Assembly: GCA_050309605.1 (NCBI GenBank)
Contig: JBNRMN010000095.1
Location: forward strand, 1 to 33,169
DNA: 33,169 nt
Source: Anaerohalosphaeraceae bacterium
GTDB lineage: Bacteria > Planctomycetota > Phycisphaerae > Sedimentisphaerales > Anaerohalosphaeraceae
Direction of reading: 5' to 3'
The notes below the pieces were generated by a model. The model had not been told where the DNA came from. It saw only the letters and a list, made by a program, of their open reading frames with translations, and made no database searches. Positions 9,225 through 17,563 of the stretch are shown piece after piece. The translations under genes and the position numbers were made by a program. Numbering within the stretch: position 1 is the first letter of the stretch; each line of letters opens with the position of its first letter.

Positions 9225-12200
9225 TTACTCCTCCCGAACCGCTCCGGTCAGGCCCGTATAACGCCGCGAACCGATGGTCAGTTCATCCACGCCCTGCGGC
9301 CAGATGCTGAGCATCACCATATTGCGTCGGAGCGATTCATCAATGGAGAAACTGAGCGCATAGAACATGCGGTGATACTGCCGCACAATCGTCAGATCGC
9401 TGCGGACGTTGTGGCCGAAGTCAAAATTGTACTCCTGCGAAAAGGTCGCTGTATAACGCGGGGTCAATTGCCAGGTAATCGCCCCCACCACCGAATGCGA
9501 CCCCCTCTCGTGAATATCGAAATGACCGTCGCCGGTGGTATCAATATTCACCTGCAGCGGACGCAGATAGCGGCTGCCCACATAATAGCTGATGTCGGGA
9601 TGCACATAGCGGCTGACGCCGACATTCATCTGTTGCAGACGACCGCTCTGTAAATCATAGTTGGCGTCGCTGAGCAGGGTAAACGTATCCGAAATACGCC
9701 ATTCGTAGTCGGCGCTTAAGGTGTCGCGTGCGATGCCGTCATATGCATGGGTTCGCCGCCGCAAAAACGGAATCGACGGGTCATGATAAACAAACCAGGC
9801 CGGCCCGTAAGACCGCGGCGGGCCGATAGCCGAATCCGCCCCGTCGCTGACCCACGTACCGTTCAGATCCAGCCGCATCCAATCCACCGAACGTCTGTCG
9901 TGTTCGCCGCCGCGCTGCGTCTGCCACCGCTGGACGGCGCCGACGTGGATATAATCACGCATATCAATTGTCGAATCGCTCGGCTGATAGACCGCCGTTT
10001 CAAAATACGGGGTAATGATATGACGCAGTCCCTGCACATCCCAGAATTCCGACCGTACGGACGGGTCGTCCTTCCAGAACATCGTGGAGCCGCGCACGCC
10101 CGTTTCGCCGAGGAACACACTGTCCTGACGATCCCGTGTCCTGCCCTGCAGGTCTGTGTGAAAGCTATCCCTGTCCTCAAACCCGTAGGAACCAGCGGCA
10201 AACGGCACGATTTTGAACGTCCCGACCGTCAATGGCAAATCCACTTCGTTACGGGTATAAAGATAGCTGTAAAAACCGCCTTTGCCCGGCCTCGGATCGT
10301 CCTTGTCAAATCGCTCGCGCAGACGGCTGACCTGCGAACTGCTGTAAAATGTCAGCCGGTCATCCCAAAACGATTGGCCGAGACGGTGATACTCAACCGT
10401 CGGCAATTCTTCCGTTTCCCGCGCAAAGTCATTGATTCGCACCTTGCCGAGAATTGAAAATCCCTGATTGTCCCAGATACGTTTCAGATAGACCAGCGTT
10501 TCCTGCGACTTGTCGGTGTAGAATTCATCGCGATACATCCACTCAAGAAAATTGCGGTCGGAAATATAACTGGTCTCAACCGACAATTGCCAGTTGTCCG
10601 GCAGATACTGACGATGGCGAAAACTGAATCGACCGCGAATGTCGCGATTGGGATCCACATTTCGTCGGGCGTTGTCCTGGTCGTCGCGCCGGACACGTCC
10701 CAAATCGTCCTCGCCGCGGTCGCTCATAATGTAGCCGATGAAACTGCCGAACGCATCATCGGTCCGGTATTCGGCGTCCACGCCGGCCCCGACGCCGCGC
10801 TTGCTGAAATAATCCAGCGCCAGCCGACTGTCCATCCCCGGCGGATCTCTGAAACCGAGCAGTCGTGCCAAATGCCACCGCGTCTCGATATACGTTCCGT
10901 ATTCCGAATCATTACCGAAACGAATTTGGCTCAACGGAATGTCAGGCCGCGCAAAATCCGTGCGCAGGCGCGGCCAGCGGAAAAATGGAAACGTTTCATA
11001 TCGCGCGTCAATATCATACAGTCGGGCGTCATACGTCCTGACCCGGTCCTGAGCAACGGTGTCATACTGCTCGACTGACTGCTCCTCGGTCAGCAAAATC
11101 ATCCGTGACGCATTCACCGATACCTGCGGCAAATAAAATTCGCTGGTGGTTAACTGGACATTCTCGGCCTCAAACAAGTACTCACTGACACGCCCCAGCT
11201 TTTCGGCGCGCAAATAGACCGGAATGCCGCGTTTGTCGTCAAAGACGCGCATCGAGGCATTGACAATCAGCGCCCGTTGATTGCGAAAATCATAAAAAAT
11301 TTCGTCAGCCCGCACCGTTCGTTCCGATTCGGTAAACACGATATTGCCGCTCAAATAAGCTTTACGTATGTGGCCGCTGCCCAGTTCGTTTCCTCGACCT
11401 TCTTCGGCCGGATCGAAGCGTCCCGGTTCAAGATACAGCACCACATTGTCGGCCATAAATTCAATCATTCGTCCGCTGCGTTGCTGCTGCCACAGATAGA
11501 ACCGCCCCGAGGCGATAATGACCTCCTGGCCGTCCGGCAATGGGGTGACCTCAATTTTCACAGCCGGCTGCCATACCGAGGCAATATGAACCGGATAGAC
11601 AACAGCGGTTTCCGTCGAATCCGCCTCTCTCGACGGCAGTGCGACGGTTTCCCTATCCGCCGGTCGGGGCGTCGCAGCCGGCACAACCGCCGACTCAGAT
11701 CGGGCAAGGCCGGGACGCGGACGCATCGGCACGCGGGCCTGTTTGGGAATGTCCGGCCCGAAGGCCAGCGGCGACAACGCCGCCGCGCCGCGCTGATACA
11801 TCGGATCAGACGACAAAAGATGAAATGACCTCTCGCTTCGCTGCGGAGCCACCGCAAACACATCGCCGGTGACCGTAAACTGCGTTGCAATGGCATCGGC
11901 GCCCTGGACCGTCGCCTGACGCACAGCCGTGGTTTTGGCGCCAGGCCCCTGCTCAAACAGCACATTGCCTTCCAAATACACATACGCCTGATAAAACCGC
12001 TCTGCGGGGTTGGGCGAGGCAGCGCCGTGCAGCGTCAGCCAGAGAAAACCCTCTCTGCCGCTGAGCCGATTGTCGCCGACGGTCAGAGTAGCTCCGTCGG
12101 AAAGGCCAATGACGTGATCCCACGGCGGCGGCGGCGAGGTATAAACGGTCATCTGCGGACAGCGCAGGTGCAGATCCTGTCCGGCCAGCAAGGGCGCCAT

Positions 12201-12281
12201 ATCCCTGCTCTCGGCAAACGTTATCCCGCTCCAGAGAAACAACCAGAGGAGCCATCGACCGCTGCTGTCCATGCAATTCAT
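9225..12281 (-). CDS. lptD: LPS-assembly outer-membrane beta-barrel protein LptD-like
   Basis: Signal peptide (RWLLWLFLWSGITFA), OstA-like ADEIFYDF segment, LDYFSKRGVGAG, SYISDRNFL and alternating beta strands. Start moved from 12422 to ATG 12281 (or 12272) so the signal peptide is N-terminal. Confidence 0.8.
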   Translation of the reverse strand: MNCMDSSGRWLLWLFLWSGITFAESRDMAPLLAGQDLHLRCPQMTVYTSPPPPWDHVIGLSDGATLTVGDNRLSGREGFLWLTLHGAASPNPAERFYQAYVYLEGNVLFEQGPGAKTTAVRQATVQGADAIATQFTVTGDVFAVAPQRSERSFHLLSSDPMYQRGAAALSPLAFGPDIPKQARVPMRPRPGLARSESAVVPAATPRPADRETVALPSREADSTETAVVYPVHIASVWQPAVKIEVTPLPDGQEVIIASGRFYLWQQQRSGRMIEFMADNVVLYLEPGRFDPAEEGRGNELGSGHIRKAYLSGNIVFTESERTVRADEIFYDFRNQRALIVNASMRVFDDKRGIPVYLRAEKLGRVSEYLFEAENVQLTTSEFYLPQVSVNASRMILLTEEQSVEQYDTVAQDRVRTYDARLYDIDARYETFPFFRWPRLRTDFARPDIPLSQIRFGNDSEYGTYIETRWHLARLLGFRDPPGMDSRLALDYFSKRGVGAGVDAEYRTDDAFGSFIGYIMSDRGEDDLGRVRRDDQDNARRNVDPNRDIRGRFSFRHRQYLPDNWQLSVETSYISDRNFLEWMYRDEFYTDKSQETLVYLKRIWDNQGFSILGKVRINDFARETEELPTVEYHRLGQSFWDDRLTFYSSSQVSRLRERFDKDDPRPGKGGFYSYLYTRNEVDLPLTVGTFKIVPFAAGSYGFEDRDSFHTDLQGRTRDRQDSVFLGETGVRGSTMFWKDDPSVRSEFWDVQGLRHIITPYFETAVYQPSDSTIDMRDYIHVGAVQRWQTQRGGEHDRRSVDWMRLDLNGTWVSDGADSAIGPPRSYGPAWFVYHDPSIPFLRRRTHAYDGIARDTLSADYEWRISDTFTLLSDANYDLQSGRLQQMNVGVSRYVHPDISYYVGSRYLRPLQVNIDTTGDGHFDIHERGSHSVVGAITWQLTPRYTATFSQEYNFDFGHNVRSDLTIVRQYHRMFYALSFSIDESLRRNMVMLSIWPQGVDELTIGSRRYTGLTGAVREE

Positions 12282-12434
12282 CCTGTCGTCCGGGCTTTGC
12301 TTAGTAAATTCCGTTGGGTTACGATACAAAATCGGTGTGATTATAGCCTTTTCAGCCTGTAATTCCAGCGAAAAAAAGAGAATATTGAAGGCGAAAACCT
12401 GCCGGGCAGCCGGTGACAACACGCAACAAAAGAC

Positions 12435-13211
12435 TTACAGCGTCTGAAAATGGATAACCGCCCGATAGATGCCGTTGATACGCCGGCCATCGACGACCTG
12501 AGGCGGATAATCGATATTGCGCGGCTGGAGCCGGACGCTACCGTCCGATTCAAAAAACACCCGCTTGAAGGTCGTCTCGTGCGGCATGGAAAACCGCACA
12601 AAGCAATCATCGCCATTGTGGACATCGACGCTCGGTGAAAACACGACAATATCTCCCTCTCGAAATTTCGGCTCCATCGAATCGCCCACCACGCGGACCG
12701 CGAAGGCGTTGGGGTCGTGAATATCAGGACAGCGGACATAGTCGTCTGCAAACCCCACCGGATAACCCAAATCGTCAAACGCTGCCGGATAGCCCGCGGC
12801 CACCTTATTGATGACCGGAACCCAGTGGCCGGAGTGCCGCGGCTCGCTTTTTTCGTCCACTTCCAGGGCGTACTGCGCCAATACCTCGCTCAGCCGCGAC
12901 GGCTCAAGCGTATGCTGGACGATGTTCTTTATAATCTCTTTATAACGACGGTTTTCAGCATCAATTGTGTCATATTCGCGACGAATGTCCGGCGGCATTC
13001 GCTCAAGATGCGCCAGATGCCGAAGCGTCCCACGATCAAACTTCAGGACGTCTTCCAGACCTGAAAGCAGACGATCACTGGGCGGATTTTTGACTTTTCC
13101 GGTCTCAATCGTTGACAAATAAGGCTTGGAAAACCCCGTTGCCGCCGCAACGGCGTCCAGTGTCAAACGCAATTCTTCCCTGCGTTGCCGAATTATATGA
13201 CCAAGAGACAT
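12435..13211 (-). CDS. XRE-family HTH + peptidase S24 (LexA/CI-like self-cleaving repressor)
   Basis: HTH_3 (LTLDAVAAATGFSKPYLSTIETG), Ala-Gly cleavage motif VAAGYP, catalytic Ser in GDSMEP, catalytic Lys in TFKRV. Confidence 0.92.
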   Translation of the reverse strand: MSLGHIIRQRREELRLTLDAVAAATGFSKPYLSTIETGKVKNPPSDRLLSGLEDVLKFDRGTLRHLAHLERMPPDIRREYDTIDAENRRYKEIIKNIVQHTLEPSRLSEVLAQYALEVDEKSEPRHSGHWVPVINKVAAGYPAAFDDLGYPVGFADDYVRCPDIHDPNAFAVRVVGDSMEPKFREGDIVVFSPSVDVHNGDDCFVRFSMPHETTFKRVFFESDGSVRLQPRNIDYPPQVVDGRRINGIYRAVIHFQTL

Positions 13212-13218
13212 AAGAATA

Positions 13219-13246
13219 AATATAAATAATTATCTAACAAACTCAA
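13219..13246 (-). promoter_or_regulatory. Putative sigma70 promoter giving a leaderless repressor mRNA, with candidate palindromic operator
   Basis: Minus strand TTGAGT-N16-TATATT-N7-ATG, no Shine-Dalgarno. Imperfect palindrome TAAATAATTATCTA (13223-13236) lies in the spacer. Confidence 0.5.
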
Positions 13247-13324
13247 CAAACTTTTAGAAATTTTTTGAATTTTATAAAAAAAGCCCGCAGATTTCAAATA
13301 CAGCAGGGGCAGGAACTGCGCAAA

Positions 13325-13877
13325 AGCCGAGCGGCGCAAGCGAGCCGGATTGCAATACGTACAATAGCCGAGCGGCGCGAGCCGCCGGATAATCGGGCGT
13401 CTTGGAAAAACGCCCCATTTATCCATATCCCGTATCGGGCCGCTTGCGCGGCCGCGCTATTGTCAAGCTCCCCTCCTTTTTTCAAGGAGGGGTGGCCGCC
13501 GCAGGCGGCCGGGGTGGTCACGTCACCCTGTGTTTATTCGTCGTTGTTATCCGTTTCCCATTTGGCCGCTCCGCGGCCATCGAATTATCCTTGTTTTATA
13601 CCCCCTCCCCCCTTTGGGGTACTCCCCCTTTGCAGGGGGAGAGCTGCACAATAGCCAAGCGGCGCGAGTGAGCCGGATCTTATGGCGTCCTGCAAAACGC
13701 CCCATCTATCCGTATCCCGTATCGGGCCGCTTGCGCGGCCGCGCTATCGCGCGCGATGTTGCGTTGCGTCATCGTACACCAGCCGAGCCGCGCAAGCGGC
13801 CGGATCACACCACGCTTTGGATAACGTTCAACACACACGCATACCGCATCGGGCGGCTTGCGCCGCCGCGCTGTTGT
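13325..13877. repeat. Mosaic cluster of REP-like palindromes (REPIN/BIME-like)
   Basis: Seven ~25-nt units of AGCCGAGCGGCGCAAGCCGCCGGAT type: one single (13325-13350) and three inverted pairs (13361-13463, 13648-13747, 13776-13877). Two inverted copies of a second double-hairpin family sit at 13468-13518 and 13600-13641. Confidence 0.85.
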
Positions 13878-13930
13878 CCTCGCTGGCGTCGTCGGTCTTT
13901 TCGGGGGCTGACGCTGCCGGTCCGCAACCG

Positions 13931-15073
13931 TTATGCTATTTCATCTTCGGTCAGGTAGCACAGCGGCTCGTTTTGCCAGTCGGCCAGGTCGGCGCCGCCG
14001 CTCAGCGAGCGGAAATTGCCCAAACACAAATCGAACCAGCGGCATCGCGCGCATTTGGGGTCTTTGTAGTCGCGTTTGTTGCGTAATATTCGCAAGACCG
14101 GATCGGTTTCATCCTGCCAAATCTGCCCGAAGGGTTTGTCGAGGATATTGCCAAGGCTGTAGGTGCGCCAAAACTGATCGCAAAAGACCTGCCCGTCCCA
14201 ATTGACCGAGGCGATGTTTTGACCGATGCGGTTGCCGGCCGCGCGGGTCAGCAAGTCCGCAGCCGTCGCGTATTGCGGGTGCCCCTCGTCCTGCATTCGC
14301 ATCAACAGATACGGCCCGTCGGCGTGGTTGCCGACGGTGAGCACTTCTTCGACCACGCCCTGCCGGATACGTTCGGCGGTGCATCGCATAATGGTCTCCA
14401 CGGCCTGTCGAACCTGCTGCGGCGATGGGGTGCTGTCGGCCAGTTCACTGGCCCGACCGGTGCGGATCAAATGATAAAAACAAATCCGTCGAACGCCGGC
14501 AGCGGCGGCAATCTCGAAAACCGTCTCGATGTGGTCAAGATTGCCCCGCGTCATCGTAAACCGCAGCCCGGTGCGGATGCCGGCCTTGCGGCAGTTGGCA
14601 ATGCCGCAGAGCGTACTCAAAAACGCCCCATCGACCTTGCGGAACCGGTCGTGTACCTCCTGCGGGCCGTCCAGCGAAATGCCCGCGTAGGACAGGTTCA
14701 GATCGGCCAGCGTACGAGCAACCGATTCAGTGATGCGCGTGCCGTTGGTCGAAAGCACTGTCCTTAGGTTGCGTCCCCGCGCGTAGGCCATCAGCTCGAA
14801 AACGTCCTCGCGCAGCAGCGGCTCGCCGCCGGAAAACAGCAGCACCGGACAGCCGAATTCGGCGATTTGATCGATGAGCGTTTTGGCCTGTACGGTCGAA
14901 AGCTCCCGCTCGCGACAGGCCGCTTCGGAATTGCTGTAGCAATGCACGCAGCGCAAATTGCACCGCGGCGTACAGTTAAACACGACAATCGGCTTGAGGT
15001 TGCGACGCACCGGATAACGCAGTTGATCTGAAACGCCCGCCAGTCCGCAATATAATTTCGAGATATTGATCAT
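13931..15073 (-). CDS. ahbC: Radical SAM/SPASM protein, AhbC-like (alternative heme biosynthesis)
   Basis: N-terminus MINISKLYCG...LRY as recalled for AhbC, CxxxCxxC (CNLRCVHC), FSGGEPLLR, YHL..TGR, V.NHADG, SPASM CARC..C..CY; last gene of the hem operon. Confidence 0.85.
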   Translation of the reverse strand: MINISKLYCGLAGVSDQLRYPVRRNLKPIVVFNCTPRCNLRCVHCYSNSEAACRERELSTVQAKTLIDQIAEFGCPVLLFSGGEPLLREDVFELMAYARGRNLRTVLSTNGTRITESVARTLADLNLSYAGISLDGPQEVHDRFRKVDGAFLSTLCGIANCRKAGIRTGLRFTMTRGNLDHIETVFEIAAAAGVRRICFYHLIRTGRASELADSTPSPQQVRQAVETIMRCTAERIRQGVVEEVLTVGNHADGPYLLMRMQDEGHPQYATAADLLTRAAGNRIGQNIASVNWDGQVFCDQFWRTYSLGNILDKPFGQIWQDETDPVLRILRNKRDYKDPKCARCRWFDLCLGNFRSLSGGADLADWQNEPLCYLTEDEIA

Positions 15074-15076
15074 TAT

Positions 15077-15104
15077 TCAGAAGTCAGAAGTCAGAAGTTA
15101 GAAG
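15077..15104. repeat. Heptamer tandem repeat (TCAGAAG)x3 + TTAGAAG
   Basis: Read directly; ends 3 nt from the ahbC start codon. Confidence 0.8.
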
Positions 15105-15116
15105 TTTACGCTGCAC

Positions 15117-16631
15117 CTATTTGCCCATGGCATCGACCAGTCCTTCGATGGTGTGCACGCGGGCCTGAACAGTGGGTGCAAGACCTATTTGATTCAAATG
15201 CGCCGAAGTCGCCGGGCCGATAGAAGCGATTTTGACGCCGCTGCTTTTAACCGTCTTCAGCGGCACCGCATCCAAAAACGCTTTGACCGTGGAGGTACTG
15301 GTAAAGGTAATCCAGTCCATCCGACCGGCGGCGATGTCTTGCATCAGTGCCGCGGCTTGTGCCGGTACCGGCTGTTTTGAACGCACCGTATAAACGGCCG
15401 TATCGGTAACCTGCGCCCCCTGCTGCGCCAATCGGTCGGGAAACTCCTTCGGTGCGATTTCGGAACGCAGCAGCAGGATTTTTTTACCGTCCAGCGAATC
15501 CTGTTGTATCAATTCCTCGGCCATTGCCGCCGAAGTAAACGCCGACGGAATAAAATCGGCTGTGACGCCGTACAGCCGCAGACGTTGGGCGGTTTGGACG
15601 CCGATACAGGCAACGCGCGCCGAACTCAACGCCCGGGCGTCGCGTCCGAGGCCGGCCAGTCCTTCAAATGCCGCCGATACGCCGTTGGCACTGGTAAAAA
15701 TCACCCAGTCGTACGCACCCATCTCAGTCAATATGCGGCAAACTTCGGGGGTGTGAGCCAGATTAACCACCTCGATTCCATCGAATGCAATCGGCTCGGC
15801 GCCGGCCGTTGCGAGCAAACGGGCCAACTTGCGGTTTCCTTCAGCATCGCGAGTGATCAGCACGCGTTTGCCGAACAGCGGCTGATTCATAAACCAGTTG
15901 ACCGCCGGATCGCTTTGGGCGACGGGGCCAATGATGACAATCGACGGGGCCGCCACCTGAGCGGCATCGCACCGGTCGGCAATATCCGACAGCGTGCCCT
16001 CGACGATGCGCTGTTGGGGCAGCGTGGCCTGATGCACCACGACGACGGGGGTTTGGCGGTCTTTGCCCTGTTCAATCAACTGATGTGCAATCTGCCTGAG
16101 CGTTCCCATGGCCATATAAAACACCAATGTCCCGCAAAAGGCCGCCAATGAGGCCCAGTCGATGTCGCTGTCGCACTTTCCTTCCGCCTCACGACCGGTC
16201 ACGAATGCCGCCGCCGAAGCCTTGTCGCGATCCGTCAGAAACAGCCCCGCATATGCCGCCGCGGCCATTGCCGACGTGATTCCCGGCACAATCTCAAACG
16301 GCACGCCCGCGGCCGCACAGGCCCGCACTTCCTCGGCGGCCCGTCCGAACAGGCACGGATCGCCGCCCTTGAGCCGAACGACGCAGTGGCCCTGTTTGGC
16401 CTTCTCGACGATCAGGGTGTTGATTTGGTGCTGTTTGACCGGATGGTCGCCGGTGCGTTTGCGTACATTGACGGCTTCGGCATCCGGACGCATATACTCC
16501 AGCAGCGCCGCATTGGCCAGGCCGTCATAAATCACACAATCGGCCCGACGGAGACATTCCAGTCCCTTGACGGTAATCAAGCCGGTATCGCCCGGCCCGG
16601 CGCCGACCAGATAGACTTTGCCAGTTGTCAT
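15117..16631 (-). CDS. cobA: Fused uroporphyrinogen-III C-methyltransferase / uroporphyrinogen-III synthase (CobA-HemD)
   Basis: VYLVGAGPGD, VRLKGGDP..FGR, VPGITS; then HemD part PLFGKRVLITR, FTSANGV, FTSTSTV, SIGPAT. Confidence 0.95.
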   Translation of the reverse strand: MTTGKVYLVGAGPGDTGLITVKGLECLRRADCVIYDGLANAALLEYMRPDAEAVNVRKRTGDHPVKQHQINTLIVEKAKQGHCVVRLKGGDPCLFGRAAEEVRACAAAGVPFEIVPGITSAMAAAAYAGLFLTDRDKASAAAFVTGREAEGKCDSDIDWASLAAFCGTLVFYMAMGTLRQIAHQLIEQGKDRQTPVVVVHQATLPQQRIVEGTLSDIADRCDAAQVAAPSIVIIGPVAQSDPAVNWFMNQPLFGKRVLITRDAEGNRKLARLLATAGAEPIAFDGIEVVNLAHTPEVCRILTEMGAYDWVIFTSANGVSAAFEGLAGLGRDARALSSARVACIGVQTAQRLRLYGVTADFIPSAFTSAAMAEELIQQDSLDGKKILLLRSEIAPKEFPDRLAQQGAQVTDTAVYTVRSKQPVPAQAAALMQDIAAGRMDWITFTSTSTVKAFLDAVPLKTVKSSGVKIASIGPATSAHLNQIGLAPTVQARVHTIEGLVDAMGK

Positions 16632-17563
16632 CGTTGATCCTCAAACGGTTTAATAATCGCCTCGACGCCGTCGCGTCGCAACTGCTCGACCAGTTCAGCC
16701 GCCAGCGGTGCAGCCTGATTTTGGGGACCGCGAATGTGCCGTTGCAGACAGGACGCTCCGTCCAGCGAGGCCGCCATCGCCGTAATTTCAATCGCATCAT
16801 CGACCAGTCGCGCATAAACACCCACCGGCGCGTGGCAGCCCGGATGCAGTGCCGTCAGCACCGCCCGCTCGGCCTGAACCGTTATCGCGGTCGGCGCATC
16901 GTGCAGACAAGCGACAAGGCGGCGCATCGCCGAATCATCCGAGCGTATCTGAATCGCCAAAGCCCCCTGCGCGGCAGCAGGAATAAAGACCGTCGGGTCA
17001 AAGTAAAACGCCGCGCGATCGGCCAATCCGAGCCGTTCCAGTCCCGCTCGCGCCACAATCACTGCGTCAAACTCGCCGCAACGGACCGCCTCCAGACGGG
17101 TCTGGACATTGCCCCGTAAAGGCTGCACCTCCAGATCCGGTCGCAGCGCCTTGATCTGGGCGATTCGGCGCGGGCTGCTCGTGCCGATCCGCGCACCGGG
17201 GGCAAACTCATCCAGGCTATGAACCTCACCGGCAGCCACCGCTGCATCTTCCGGGTGCAGGCGTTCAAAAATTGCCGCCGTCGTCAGTCGCAAATCGGTC
17301 TGCGTGGGCATATCCTTAAAACTGTGCACCGCCATATCCGCCCGTCCGTCCAGCAAAGCCGCCTCGACCTGCGTGGTAAAAAAGCCGTACCCTTCCAGTT
17401 TCCACAACGGCCGGTGCCGCTGCTGGTCGCCGCGGGTTTCTACGGCAACCCGTTCGGCCTGTACCTCCGGATGACGTGCAAGAAGCCGCTCGGCAACAAG
17501 CCGGCTCTGCGCCATTGCCAAGGCCGAGCCGCGCGTGGCAATACGCACAATCCGGCCGTTCAT
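16628..17563 (-). CDS. hemC: Hydroxymethylbilane synthase (porphobilinogen deaminase)
   Basis: IATRGSALAMAQ, AVHSFKD, GTSSPRR, LRGNVQTRL, GCHAP. Start set at ATG 17563, which overlaps the hemA stop (ATGA). Confidence 0.96.
   Translation of the reverse strand: MNGRIVRIATRGSALAMAQSRLVAERLLARHPEVQAERVAVETRGDQQRHRPLWKLEGYGFFTTQVEAALLDGRADMAVHSFKDMPTQTDLRLTTAAIFERLHPEDAAVAAGEVHSLDEFAPGARIGTSSPRRIAQIKALRPDLEVQPLRGNVQTRLEAVRCGEFDAVIVARAGLERLGLADRAAFYFDPTVFIPAAAQGALAIQIRSDDSAMRRLVACLHDAPTAITVQAERAVLTALHPGCHAPVGVYARLVDDAIEITAMAASLDGASCLQRHIRGPQNQAAPLAAELVEQLRRDGVEAIIKPFEDQR

Noticed and set aside
12435..13211. Prophage marked by the CI-like repressor
   Set aside because: No integrase, divergent cro, structural or replication genes; both neighbours are housekeeping genes.
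13325..13877. CRISPR array
   Set aside because: Units alternate in orientation, are degenerate, two spacers are near-identical, and there are no cas genes in the window. This fits REP doublets instead.
13193..14086. Short ORFs over the repeat region (13265-13654, 13402-13671, 13530-13958, 13682-14086 and others)
   Set aside because: They are translations of GC-rich palindromic repeats with no RBS or recognisable domain.
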